From: Bacillota bacterium
GTDB taxonomy: Bacteria > Bacillota > Clostridia > Peptostreptococcales > Anaerovoracaceae
NCBI GenBank assembly: GCA_017416795.1
Contig: JAFQBD010000014.1
Coordinates: 8,842-72,841, forward strand
DNA: 64,000 nt
Direction of reading: 5' to 3'
The notes beneath the pieces are model-generated. The model made no database searches, was not told where the DNA came from, and worked only from the letters and a program-made list of their open reading frames with translations. Of the stretch, positions 1 to 9,377 are shown piece by piece. Numbering within the stretch: the first letter of the stretch is position 1; the number at the start of each line of letters is the position of its first letter. The translations under genes were made by a program, and so were the position numbers.

Positions 1-962
1 GGAAGCTCTATTTCTTTAAGAGATGTACAATCTCTGAATGCTGCATTGCCGAGCTCTGTTACGCCATCAGGGATGTTGACTTTTTCCAGATTGGTGCATC
101 CATAGAAAGTGTATGCCTTGATTGCAGTGATACCTTCCGGAAGCTTTACTTCTGTTAAAGAGGTGCAGTCTCTGAATGCATAGGTGCCGATGGAAGTAAC
201 GCCATCGGGAATTTCAATTTTTTTAAGTGCATAGCATTTATTGAAACAATCCTTCGGAATTTCAGTTACACCGTCAGGAATATTTACTTTTTCAAGGTTG
301 TAACATTTCCAAAATGCCTGCGCAGCGATAGAAGTTACACTGTCAGGGATTTCGATTTCTGTAAGAGATTCGCAACCAGTGAAAGTATTGTTAGAAATTG
401 TTTCTATGCCATCAGGAATATTTACTTTTTTAAGTGAAGCATCATCCATAAATGCATGTCCGCCATAATATGTAACGGTGTCAGGAATCGTTATCTCTTC
501 GAGAAATGTGCACTTTCTGAATGATCCTGCACCAAGTCTTGTGAATCCTGTTTCAGGGAATATGACTTCTGTGATTCCATCGCATTTATAGAATGCATAG
601 TTTCCTGTTGATGTTACACCTTGCTCCAGTACGACTTTTTTAATATCATCTCTGTCATAAAAAGGTGCAATCACAGACATGTCTGTTTTGTCTTTCGAAT
701 TAGGGATATAAATAGTGTCTTCATCTGTGTTATGGCCATAGTTTGTCATTGCTCCGGTACCTGAGATCGTCAGTGTTCCTTCGCTGTCCAGTTCCCATTT
801 GAGCTTAGTGCCGCATGTGCCGCTGTCTACTATAGTTGTTTTTTCAACATTTGATTCAGTGTTTTCAGTAGCATAACTGGACACCGTGCCGTCAGCAAGA
901 TTAAGGCCTGCGAAGAGCATAGCTAAGACCAAAATGATCGCTGCAAAGTGCTTATTGAACAT
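1..962 (-). CDS. BspA-type (LRR_5) leucine-rich-repeat secreted/surface protein, 3' end outside window
   Basis: Manual minus-strand translation. SD AAGGAG precedes ATG at 962. Signal-peptide-like MFNKHFAAIILVLAMLFAG, then SGTCGTKLKWELDSEGTLTISGTG and repeated 23-aa units such as LKKIEIPDGVTSIGTYAFRDCTS. Not in the ORF track because it runs off the edge. Confidence 0.85.
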   Translation of the reverse strand, partial: MFNKHFAAIILVLAMLFAGLNLADGTVSSYATENTESNVEKTTIVDSGTCGTKLKWELDSEGTLTISGTGAMTNYGHNTDEDTIYIPNSKDKTDMSVIAPFYDRDDIKKVVLEQGVTSTGNYAFYKCDGITEVIFPETGFTRLGAGSFRKCTFLEEITIPDTVTYYGGHAFMDDASLKKVNIPDGIETISNNTFTGCESLTEIEIPDSVTSIAAQAFWKCYNLEKVNIPDGVTEIPKDCFNKCYALKKIEIPDGVTSIGTYAFRDCTSLTEVKLPEGITAIKAYTFYGCTNLEKVNIPDGVTELGNAAFRDCTSLKEIEL

Positions 963-1159
963 TAATTGTTTCTCCTTATCAGTAGCCTCTATTTGAAATA
1001 TCTTCTTTCGTACTCATGATGTGATTAGTGTTTTTATTCTCACAAGTCGCGATTATAACATATATATGTAGGAAACAGCAATAAGCACAGGGAAATAAAG
1101 GGTATGCTAGAAGAAGTTCAGCATCAATATAGTGTGAAGATAGCCTATTAGTTCATTCT

Positions 1160-1210
1160 CGAACAAAAACGCAAACACATGTTTACTTTTTGTTCGTGCC
1201 GTGATATACT
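1160..1210 (+). promoter_or_regulatory. lexA sigmaA promoter overlapped by a LexA (SOS) box
   Basis: TTTACT (1182-1187), 17 bp, TG-n-TATACT (1205-1210). AAAC-acat-GTTT (1173-1184) resembles the Firmicute GAAC-N4-GTTC box and is flanked by the inverted pair CGAACAAAAA / TTTTTGTTCG. Confidence 0.65.
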
Positions 1211-1288
1211 TTATACGATAATAAAATGAAACCAATATATATTGATATATGATGAAGGGTATTTGCAGTCGTTCGAGGAGGAAATGTA

Positions 1289-1978
1289 ATGTTGAAAGAT
1301 AGAGAACAAAAGATATTGAATTACATGAAGGATGAGATAAGACAGAAGGGCTATCCGCCTACAGTCAGAGAAATATGCTCTGCACTTAATATCAAGTCTA
1401 CCTCCACTGCTCATAAGGATATCGACAGCCTGGTGAAGCAGGGATATATCAAGAAAGACCCTTCTAAGCCTAGAGCCCTGATGATCGTGGATGTTGATGC
1501 TGCAGCGGCTTCTGAAGCAGCGAGAGAAGCTTCATACGACAGACAGTATGTAGGAACAGGCGGCGGATACAGTGACGTTTCACAAGTAAGGGAAGAAATG
1601 GTAGACATTCCTATCGTTGGACGTATCGCGGCAGGAACACCTATCTTAGCAGAACAGAATGTGGAAGACAGCTTCCCTATGCCTGCAAGATTCGTAGGAA
1701 ACGGAACAAACTTCATGCTGACAGTCAAGGGTGAAAGTATGATCGAAGCAGGTATCATGGATGGAGACTACATACTTGTAGAACAGCAGCAGACAGCTCG
1801 TAACGGAGATATCGTTGTTGCTATGGTAGACGGATTCGAGAGTGAAGCTACGGTCAAGACATTCTACAAAGAAGCGGATCATATAAGACTTCAACCTGAA
1901 AACTCCAGCATGAGTCCTATCATCGTCAAAGATGCTAAGATTCTCGGTAAGGTAAAAGGTGTATTCAGATATTTCTAG
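1289..1978 (+). CDS. lexA: LexA SOS repressor
   Basis: N-terminal wHTH (GYPPTVREIC), autocleavage site VGRIAAG-TP, catalytic Ser (GESM) and Lys (TVK). Confidence 0.97.
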   Translation: MLKDREQKILNYMKDEIRQKGYPPTVREICSALNIKSTSTAHKDIDSLVKQGYIKKDPSKPRALMIVDVDAAAASEAAREASYDRQYVGTGGGYSDVSQVREEMVDIPIVGRIAAGTPILAEQNVEDSFPMPARFVGNGTNFMLTVKGESMIEAGIMDGDYILVEQQQTARNGDIVVAMVDGFESEATVKTFYKEADHIRLQPENSSMSPIIVKDAKILGKVKGVFRYF

Positions 1979-2032
1979 GAGTTTTCTATAAGAATTCATG
2001 AAAAGAAAATAAATCATTTTATCAAAACCATA

Positions 2033-2066
2033 AAAAGAAGATGCCCATGCGGACATCTTCTTTTTA
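2033..2066. terminator. Bidirectional intrinsic terminator between lexA and the aminotransferase
   Basis: AAAAGAAGATG...CATCTTCTTTTTT hairpin between convergent genes. Confidence 0.7.
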
Positions 2067-2122
2067 TTTTGTATAGGAGTTTTTATGATGTTAATTGACG
2101 GATCTTATGATTTTACGAATCA

Positions 2123-3445
2123 TTAGATCATCTTATCAACGGAGTCTAATACCTTATCCATGATAGCCATCTGTTCTCTCAGCTCTTCTTCAGTGATGAT
2201 GAGAGGAGGAGCAACGATGATCATGTTTTCGTGAGTGTAAGTCCAGAAACCTTCTGCAACCAGCATTCCCAGGATCTTCTTCATCAGACCTTCAGGGTCC
2301 TTTCCGAATGGAACGATAGGTTCTCTTGTTTCCTTATCCTTAACCAGTTCGATAGCGGAGAACAGACCGATGTGTCTAACTTCGCCAACGCATGGATGAG
2401 CATCTACATAACCGTCCAGGATGTCAGCCAGAACTTTGCCTGTAACAGCCATCTTGCCTTCGATATCCTGATCTTTGTATTCCTTGATTGTTGCTACTGC
2501 AGCAGCACATCCCATAGGATGAGCGGAGTATGTAAGTCCGCAGCCAAGAGCAGTATCATCAAAGAACTTAGCGATTTCTTCCTTAACAACAACGCCGCCC
2601 AGAGGAACGTATCCGCAAGTAACGCCCTTAGCGAAAGTGATGATGTCAGGCTGATAATCGAAGTTCATGAATGCGAAAGGCTTACCTGTTCTGTACCAGC
2701 CTGCCATAACTTCGTCAGCTACCATCAGGATACCGTATTTGTTGCAGAGTTCTCTAACGCCTTTATACCATTTAACAGGAGCGATGAGGATACCGTTGGA
2801 ACCAACGATTGATTCCAGCCAGATTCCTGCGATGTTTTCAGGTCCTTCGTACAGGATCTGGTTTTCCAGCAGTTCCAGATAGAAATCAGCCACGTCATCT
2901 TCGTTTTCGAAGTTGCAAGCCTTAGGTGCTCTGTAAGCATAAGGTCCATCGTACTTAACGAATCCAGGACCGCCGGGTTCGTTGAAGAAGTGTCTAGGTT
3001 CGCCTGTCAGCATACCTGCGCCTGCTGATGAACCGTGATAGCATCTGTACTGTGAGAATACTTTCTGCTTGCCTGTGAACTGTCTTGCGATCTTGATAGC
3101 ATTTTCATTAGCTTCAGCGCCTGCGTTTGTGAAGAATACTTTAGCGCCTTTCAGTCCTGTCAGTTCAACTACTGCTTCAGCAGCATCTGATCTGCAGTCC
3201 ATAGCAAATCCCGGTCCCATGAATGGGATCTTCTGAGCCTGTTCACAGATGGCATCGATGATAGCCTTGTTGCCGTGACCCAGATTTGAGTTTACCAGCT
3301 GTGAAGACATATCTGCATATCTCTTGCCGTCTTCGTCCCAGAAGTAGATTCCTTCTGCCTTAGTTACAACGATAGGCTTCAGCGCACCCTGTGCTGACCA
3401 TGAATGAATGTTATATTTTAAGCTCTTTTCTCTAATTGCTGACAT
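2123..3445 (-). CDS. Class III PLP omega-aminotransferase (taurine/beta-alanine/GABA type)
   Basis: HSWSAQ N-terminal motif, DEVMAGWYRTG, PLP lysine in FAKG, GLTYSAHP. Confidence 0.85.
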   Translation of the reverse strand: MSAIREKSLKYNIHSWSAQGALKPIVVTKAEGIYFWDEDGKRYADMSSQLVNSNLGHGNKAIIDAICEQAQKIPFMGPGFAMDCRSDAAEAVVELTGLKGAKVFFTNAGAEANENAIKIARQFTGKQKVFSQYRCYHGSSAGAGMLTGEPRHFFNEPGGPGFVKYDGPYAYRAPKACNFENEDDVADFYLELLENQILYEGPENIAGIWLESIVGSNGILIAPVKWYKGVRELCNKYGILMVADEVMAGWYRTGKPFAFMNFDYQPDIITFAKGVTCGYVPLGGVVVKEEIAKFFDDTALGCGLTYSAHPMGCAAAVATIKEYKDQDIEGKMAVTGKVLADILDGYVDAHPCVGEVRHIGLFSAIELVKDKETREPIVPFGKDPEGLMKKILGMLVAEGFWTYTHENMIIVAPPLIITEEELREQMAIMDKVLDSVDKMI

Positions 3446-3481
3446 TTTATGATCCTCCTTTTTTTCGAAAAAGATAAACTC

Positions 3482-4906
3482 TTATGCATCAACCTTAGCC
3501 TTGATAGCAGCGTCGAACAGTTCTTCGTCTGTTGGCTGGAATGAAGGGATAGGTCTTGAAACGTATGTGAAGTTTAAGAGATCCTTCCAAGTAGCGTTGT
3601 GGGAGATGCTGTTGTGTCCCCAAGTTCCGCAGCCCAGAGTCATGGAGATAGGGAATCCGCAAGTCCATGAACCGGAGTTAGTCAGTGACTGAGGCTGGTT
3701 AACGCAAACCTTACATACAGGAATGACTTCGCCCAGCTTAGTTACTCTTTCAGGCAGTGCAGTGTGGATACCGCAGCTGTGTCCCTTACCCTGATAATCA
3801 AGGATCTTCATCATCTTATCTACTGCATCATCAAAGTCCTTAGCCTTTCTGATACCGGAAACTGGTGACAGCTTTTCGCCTGTGAATGGATAATCATTAC
3901 CATATCCGCCGTTTTCTTCAGCCATCAGCATCTTAGTTCCTGCAGGTACTTCGATTCCTGCTGCCTTAGCAATAGCTTCTGCACCCTGTGCTACGATCTG
4001 TCTGTTCAGGTCGTGGTTAGCAGGTGATTCAGGCCACAGAGTCTTCAGCAGTGCTGCCTTTTCAGCTGAGTCTTCCTTCAGCAGTACAGCGCCTGCCTTT
4101 TCCATAGCAGCTGCCCATGCATCGTAGCATTCTTCTAAAACGATGATGTTGTTTTCTGTTGAGCATGAAGTTGCGTGGTCGAATGACTTTGATCTAACGA
4201 TCATTTCAGCTACTTCATCAAGGTCAGTAGTTCCGTCGATGATGGATACTACGTTACCTGTACCAACGCCGATAGCAGGGTTACCGGATGAGTAAGCCTG
4301 ACGTACCATTGGAGTTCCGCCTGTTGCCAGGATGAAGTCTACCTGCAGCATCAGTTCCTGTGAAGTTTCTACTGATACGTATTCAGGTTCGATAGCCTGT
4401 ACCAGGTCTGCAGGGTAGCCCAGCTTAGCGATTGTTTCTCTGATCAGTGTAGTTACTGCCAGGTTAGTTTTTCTTGCTTTTGGATGTGGAGCCAGGATGA
4501 TAGCGTTTCTTGTCTTCAGAGCCATAAGTGACTTAACTACAGGAGTAGCTTCGCCGTTAGTTACAGGGATGATAGCGCCGATAACGCCCATTGGCTTAGC
4601 GTAAGTTTCCATACCCATCTTTTCATCTACATCGATGAGGCCAACTGACTTCTTGTCTTTCATCTGGAAGTATGAGCCCTTTACCTTACCGTACATCTTA
4701 GCCTGCTTATGTTCAGGGATACCCATTCCGGATTCTTCAACCAGCATTTCACCAAATTTCAGTGCAACTTCAGGTTTAGTTAAAGCGTAAGCAACAGCTC
4801 CTGTAAGAAGATCTACATCCTCCTGAGTAAAACCATTAGCGATTTCCTGAGCAGCTTTTGCCTTTGCTACCAGACTTGCAACGTAATCATGTGAATTCAT
4901 TGTCAT
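3482..4906 (-). CDS. CoA-acylating aldehyde dehydrogenase (sulfoacetaldehyde dehydrogenase SauS-like)
   Basis: IPVTN, ATGG, GVGTGN, catalytic Cys in SKSFDHATSCSTEN, GEKLSP, GHSCGIH, TLGCGTWG. Confidence 0.8.
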   Translation of the reverse strand: MTMNSHDYVASLVAKAKAAQEIANGFTQEDVDLLTGAVAYALTKPEVALKFGEMLVEESGMGIPEHKQAKMYGKVKGSYFQMKDKKSVGLIDVDEKMGMETYAKPMGVIGAIIPVTNGEATPVVKSLMALKTRNAIILAPHPKARKTNLAVTTLIRETIAKLGYPADLVQAIEPEYVSVETSQELMLQVDFILATGGTPMVRQAYSSGNPAIGVGTGNVVSIIDGTTDLDEVAEMIVRSKSFDHATSCSTENNIIVLEECYDAWAAAMEKAGAVLLKEDSAEKAALLKTLWPESPANHDLNRQIVAQGAEAIAKAAGIEVPAGTKMLMAEENGGYGNDYPFTGEKLSPVSGIRKAKDFDDAVDKMMKILDYQGKGHSCGIHTALPERVTKLGEVIPVCKVCVNQPQSLTNSGSWTCGFPISMTLGCGTWGHNSISHNATWKDLLNFTYVSRPIPSFQPTDEELFDAAIKAKVDA

Positions 4907-5003
4907 TTAAGTGTCCTCCTTATAATAATTGTTAAAATTGTTTTGTATTTCATGCAGATGATAGATCCATCTGTGATTCCATACTTGTCTGCCCAATATT
5001 AAA

Positions 5004-5018
5004 GCAATTGCCGTGCCA
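5004..5018 (-). promoter_or_regulatory. sigma54 -24/-12 promoter of the dehydrogenase-aminotransferase operon
   Basis: Minus strand reads TGGCAC-GGCAA-TTGC, an exact match to the sigma54 consensus, about 100 bp upstream of the 4906 start. Confidence 0.9.
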
Positions 5019-5190
5019 AACATTATGTAACTAGTTTACTTTTTTGAAAGAAAAAAATGCCAAGAAAAACGCACGCCTCTAAAACGTTGAAATTCAGCCA
5101 TTCTCATAAGGTGGATAAAAGAATGAATATTGTATACACGAGCTAATGGAGAAGAAAAGTCAAGTATGAAATTTAGAATGTAAAACAAAA

Positions 5191-5307
5191 GCGATACAAA
5201 AATGTATCGCTAAATTGTTATGTTTATGACAAAGCTTTATAAGTGTTGAAAAATGGACATTCTCATACGCGATACAAAACTGAATCGCTGATACAAAAAT
5301 GTATCGC
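5191..5307. promoter_or_regulatory. Three palindromic upstream activator sequences (GCGATACA-N4-TGTATCGC)
   Basis: Perfect copy at 5191-5210, variants at 5269-5288 and 5288-5307, lying 170-290 bp upstream of the sigma54 promoter. Confidence 0.75.
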
Positions 5308-5342
5308 AAATATGTGAATTACATATAAGCAAACTAATTATA

Positions 5343-6731
5343 TCATTCAACACTTGTAAGCTCGTATTTGTGAAGCTTCCTTACTATAGTAGGCTGACTT
5401 ACTTGCAGAGCCTTTGCCATGGCACGCGTTGAACCGTAGTCGGCCAGTGCCTTTTCCAAAATCGACTTTTCTGCCTTTTCCATAGCCTCGGTAAGAGACA
5501 GGTTGACATTGACATTGGCGTTGGTCTTGGCCTCCTGTTTCAGGAAGAGAGGCAGGTTGTCCTCGGTTATCATGCGTCCGTTACTTGTTATGGTCAGTCG
5601 TTCGATGATATTTTGAAGCTCACGGATATTGCCCGGCCAAGGATATTTGAACAGCAGGGCCATCGCTTCCGGACTTATGGTCTTGTCCTCATGCAGCTTC
5701 TCGTTGCATTTGATCAGATTGCTGTGGATAAGAGGAAGCAGATCTTCAGGTCTATCTCTGAGAGGCGGAACATTGATAGGTACAACGTTGAGTCTGTAGA
5801 ATAAGTCTTCTCTGAATTCACCTCGTTTTACCAGTTCTCTCAGCGATTTGTTGGTGGCTGAAACTATCCTTACATCGATAGGAATGGATTCTACACCGCC
5901 AACAGGAGTGATCTCACGCTCTTGGATCACTCGAAGCAAGTTTACCTGCATATTAAGAGGAAGCTCGGATATTTCATCCAGGAAGATAGTTCCATGCTGC
6001 GCAGCTTCAAAAAGTCCGCGCTTTCCTTCTGCACGCGAGCCGGTGAAAGCTCCGGGCATGTATCCGAAGAGTTCGGACTCGATCAGATTTTCCGGGATAG
6101 CACCGCAGTTCACCGTGATGAACGGTCCTTCAGAACGGTTGCCCTCTTCATGGAGAAGTCTGGCGATGAGCCCTTTGCCGACACCTGACTCTCCCGTGAT
6201 CAGCACAGTGGAGTTTACTGTCGCCAGCTTCTTAGTCAGCGACATCACATTCTGCATGGCAAGACTTTCGGCGATGATTTCTGTTTCGCTGAGATCTATA
6301 TCAAGTTCTGATATGTCGTTGACATTTATCAGCGGAGTAGGCGTTATATCGAGAGTATCGTTGCTGACAGTAAGCTGAGTGATATCTCTTGATGTTGTTA
6401 TGATCTTCATTATGCGGCCATCGTCATCGAAAATAGGCATGCCGGTAGTAAGCAGTTTTTTACCATGTCTGTTCTCGTGGATGATGGTGATTTCACGATG
6501 TTCATCAAGAACTCTTTTCGTAACTGAAGGCGAGAAGATCCCTGTGCGCTCCAGCACGTCTACATGTTTGCCTTGTACATCATCAATAGATATATTGTAA
6601 AGTTCTTCGCATGATTTATTGCACCAGATGCAGAATCCGTCCTTATCATCTATAAAGACTGCGTCGGTGAAGCTGTCCAGTATTGGAAGCAGCTTAGATA
6701 ACTTTAAGTTGTCAGAAAAACGATCAGGCAT
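5343..6731 (-). CDS. PAS-domain sigma54-dependent enhancer-binding protein (PAS-AAA+-HTH)
   Basis: PAS N-terminus, Walker A GESGVGK, GAFTG loop, Walker B FLDE, C-terminal HTH. Confidence 0.95.
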   Translation of the reverse strand: MPDRFSDNLKLSKLLPILDSFTDAVFIDDKDGFCIWCNKSCEELYNISIDDVQGKHVDVLERTGIFSPSVTKRVLDEHREITIIHENRHGKKLLTTGMPIFDDDGRIMKIITTSRDITQLTVSNDTLDITPTPLINVNDISELDIDLSETEIIAESLAMQNVMSLTKKLATVNSTVLITGESGVGKGLIARLLHEEGNRSEGPFITVNCGAIPENLIESELFGYMPGAFTGSRAEGKRGLFEAAQHGTIFLDEISELPLNMQVNLLRVIQEREITPVGGVESIPIDVRIVSATNKSLRELVKRGEFREDLFYRLNVVPINVPPLRDRPEDLLPLIHSNLIKCNEKLHEDKTISPEAMALLFKYPWPGNIRELQNIIERLTITSNGRMITEDNLPLFLKQEAKTNANVNVNLSLTEAMEKAEKSILEKALADYGSTRAMAKALQVSQPTIVRKLHKYELTSVE

Positions 6732-6829
6732 GAAAATTCTCCTTCACAGTTATATATTAATAGGTATTAGATACGATTGTTGTATTTACATATCGATTAT
6801 ACGCCTTCTGAAAAAACTTGGCAACTAAA

Positions 6830-6849
6830 ACGATTCAAAAATGTATCGC
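6830..6849. promoter_or_regulatory. Fourth copy of the activator palindrome, upstream of the activator gene
   Basis: ACGATTCAAAAATGTATCGC, two mismatches to the 5191 copy. Confidence 0.65.
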
Positions 6850-6980
6850 TTTGTTCTGATCAAACAAATAATTTATACCTTGACAGTCCAGTATAAATGT
6901 GATTATATTACAGTAACAGATAAATCACTTATGATATATTTAATTCAGGTTATAATAATATAGTAGAAAAGAGGTATGAA

Positions 6981-7292
6981 ATGGATATAATCAAGATCAC
7001 TAAAGATAATTTCGAAGCAGAAGTACTGAATTCAGACAAGCCGGTCCTGGTAGATTTCTGGGCAAGCTGGTGCGGTCCATGCATGATGCAGGGTCCTGTG
7101 CTGGATGAAATGGCCGGTGAATACGATAACATCAAAATCGGTAAAATAAATATCGATGAGCAGCAGGAACTGGCTATCAAGTACGGAGTGATGAGCATTC
7201 CTACATTGATGTTCTTCAAGGACGGCAAGCCTACAGATACTCTCGTAGGCCTTCGTTCAAAGGAACAGCTGGCGCAGAGCCTGGGGCTGTAA
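6981..7292 (+). CDS. trxA: Thioredoxin
   Basis: WCGPC active site, 103 aa. Confidence 0.95.
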   Translation: MDIIKITKDNFEAEVLNSDKPVLVDFWASWCGPCMMQGPVLDEMAGEYDNIKIGKINIDEQQELAIKYGVMSIPTLMFFKDGKPTDTLVGLRSKEQLAQSLGL

Positions 7293-7382
7293 GCCCGCCG
7301 GCGCGGGGGTATGGGGGTGCCTGTCGCAAAGCCGTAGCTGCCATCTGCTGACAGATTCAAGAAAAGGAAAAGGGGATAAGAG

Positions 7383-7772
7383 ATGGACGTTAAATTTTTA
7401 AGATGCAAGAAGTGCGGTACTACGATCGCATTTATCGTGGGAGACGGAGATAATGTCATGTGCTGCGGTGAGGAAATGTCACTGCTGCATCCAAAGGACG
7501 CAGACGGCGCTAAAGAAAAACATCTGCCTAAGGTGAGCAGACATGAAGGTGCAGTCAGAGTCGACGTAGGAGAGATAAGCCATCCGATGGAAAGCGAACA
7601 CTTTATCGAATGGATATATCTGCAGACTAAAAGGGGCGGTCAGTTCGTAAGGCTTGATCCGAATGGAGAGCCGAGAGCTACATTCGGTGTTTCGGCTGAA
7701 GAGCCTGCAGACGAACCGATCGCAGTATATTCATATTGCAATAAGCACGGCCTTTGGAAGGTGGACCTGTAA
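7383..7772 (+). CDS. dfx: Desulfoferrodoxin / superoxide reductase
   Basis: CxxC...CCG centre I, EKHLP, HPM, HFIEW, CNKHGLW centre II. Confidence 0.92.
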   Translation: MDVKFLRCKKCGTTIAFIVGDGDNVMCCGEEMSLLHPKDADGAKEKHLPKVSRHEGAVRVDVGEISHPMESEHFIEWIYLQTKRGGQFVRLDPNGEPRATFGVSAEEPADEPIAVYSYCNKHGLWKVDL

Positions 7773-7857
7773 GCAGCTTGTGGAACCGCGACCTTTGCAT
7801 AAAAAACTTAAAAAAATGCTTGCGTGTGCACTTTGCATATGGTATATTATTTGAGGT

Positions 7858-7986
7858 AGTAAGAAGAAGTCATCCGCTTCTCACCCGGAGGCGAAGGTTA
7901 CCCGGGTCAATAATCAGTAAGTTCTGGTGCCTTTTGGTGCCGTTACTAACGTGGATTTGAGGCGGATACTTGTATCCGCTTTTTAT
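7858..7986 (+). ncRNA. Ribosomal protein L20 leader (cis-regulatory RNA)
   Basis: AGAAGTCATCCGCTTCTCACC...TGAGGCGGAT pairing plus the terminator GCGGATAC-TT-GTATCCGC-TTTTT, directly upstream of infC-rpmI-rplT. Confidence 0.8.
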
Positions 7987-8033
7987 TATGGCCTGGGGCC
8001 AAAACGCGCTCAGGTTAATGGAGGTGTAAGACA

Positions 8034-8549
8034 ATTAGCAAGGAAGCTATGATCAACGAAGAAATTCGTGCGAAAGAACTGAGAATTATTGATACTGACG
8101 GTACTCAGCTGGGAATCATGAGCAGAGACGAAGCAATGGAACTGGCAGAAAGCAAGAAGCTTGATCTGGTTTGCATCGCTCCTAAGGCGGCTCCGCCTGT
8201 CTGCAAGATCCTTGATTACGGTAAGTACAAGTACGAGCTTCAGAAGAAAGAAAAAGAAGCTAAGAAAAAGCAGAAGACAACTCAGGTCAAAGAAATCAGA
8301 CTGTCAACATTCATCGAAGACCACGACATCATGGTAAAGGCGAAGACAGGAGCTAAGTTCCTGAAGGATGGTGACAAGCTGAAGGTAAGCCTCAGATTCA
8401 GAGGAAGAGAAAGAGACTACGTTGCCAGAGGAATGGAAGTTATGGAAAAGTTCGCTGAAGCAGTTTCAGAAGTAGGAACTATCGATAAGAAACCAAACTT
8501 CGAAGGCAGAAGTCTTACAATGATACTTACGCCAAAAAACGATAAATAA
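8034..8549 (+). CDS. infC: Translation initiation factor IF-3 (probable ATT start at 8034)
   Basis: INEEIRAKELR and CKILDYGKYKY motifs. GGAGG (8020-8024) is positioned for the in-frame ATT, not the ATG at 8049. Confidence 0.96.
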   Translation: MSKEAMINEEIRAKELRIIDTDGTQLGIMSRDEAMELAESKKLDLVCIAPKAAPPVCKILDYGKYKYELQKKEKEAKKKQKTTQVKEIRLSTFIEDHDIMVKAKTGAKFLKDGDKLKVSLRFRGRERDYVARGMEVMEKFAEAVSEVGTIDKKPNFEGRSLTMILTPKNDK

Positions 8550-8582
8550 GCAAAACAATACAAACACGGGAGGAAATATACC

Positions 8583-8783
8583 ATGGCAAAAAATAAGATG
8601 AAGTCTCATAGAGGCGCATGCAAAAGATTCAAGATAACAGGTTCAGGAAAAGTAAAGAGAAATAAAGCATACAAGAGCCATATCCTTACTAAGAAGAGCC
8701 AGAAGAGAAAGAGAGGCCTGAGAAAGGCAACTACTTTAACAAGTGCAGATCTGAAGAGAATCAAGGCAGTACTGAGCAAATAA
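8583..8783 (+). CDS. rpmI: 50S ribosomal protein L35
   Basis: [19 protein letters not shown]; operon context. Confidence 0.97.
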   Translation: MAKNKMKSHRGACKRFKITGSGKVKRNKAYKSHILTKKSQKRKRGLRKATTLTSADLKRIKAVLSK

Positions 8784-8795
8784 GGAGGTAAAGAA

Positions 8796-9149
8796 ATGGC
8801 AAGAGTAAAAAAAGGTGTAAACGCACATAAGAGACATAAAAAAGTATTAAAGATGGCTAAGGGCTTCTACGGTGCTAGAAGCAAGACTTTCAAGGCAGCT
8901 AAGCCTGCTACAATGAGAGCTTTGAGATCAGCTTACGTTGGAAGAAAGAACAAGAAGAGAGAATACAGAAGAATGTGGATCGCTAGAATCAACGCTGCTG
9001 CAAGAATGAACGACATTTCATACAGCAAGCTGATGAACGGTCTGAAGAAGTCAGGAATCGAAATCAACAGAAAGATGCTGTCAGAAATGGCAATCTACGA
9101 TCCTGCAGCTTTCGCAGCACTGTGCGAAACAGCTAAGAAGGCTCTGTAA
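8796..9149 (+). CDS. rplT: 50S ribosomal protein L20
   Basis: MARVKKG...[10 protein letters not shown]. Confidence 0.98.
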   Translation: MARVKKGVNAHKRHKKVLKMAKGFYGARSKTFKAAKPATMRALRSAYVGRKNKKREYRRMWIARINAAARMNDISYSKLMNGLKKSGIEINRKMLSEMAIYDPAAFAALCETAKKAL

Positions 9150-9337
9150 GACAAGTTGAGTTTCGTAAAAAGAATAATATGATCGATTAACGGGAGTTTT
9201 TAAGAAAAAACTCCCGTTTTTGTATTGTAATTACGATTTGACGAAACTTTTTCGTTAAATATGAGCGATTTTATATCAAAAACAACTGAAAATTCCCGCT
9301 TTATTTGGATAATGAGATTTTTACGAGACCTTTACGT

Positions 9338-9377
9338 TCCGACAAGTTTCGCTACCGGCCATATGTATAATCAACAC
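9338..9377 (+). promoter_or_regulatory. Putative spoIIG promoter with reversed Spo0A-box-like sites
   Basis: TATAAT at 9366-9371. TCCGACA (9338-9344) and TTCGCTA (9348-9354) are each one mismatch from reversed TGNCGAA and are 10 bp apart. An exact TGACGAA lies at 9239-9245. Confidence 0.5.

Noticed and set aside
1-700. CRISPR-like or DNA tandem repeats (recurring CCATCAGGAAT / TTTACTTTTT)
   Set aside because: The 69-nt periodicity is explained by the coding LRR units.
7293-7380. Possible c-di-GMP-I riboswitch before dfx (GTCGCAAAGCC resembles GACGCAAAGCC)
   Set aside because: The GGCAAA/GNRA P2 arm and the tetraloop receptor are not present; only a short match.
9261-9377. Long N-terminal extension of SpoIIGA given by the ORF track
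   Set aside because: It is hydrophilic, unlike the family N-terminus, lacks an SD, and overlaps the promoter-like region.
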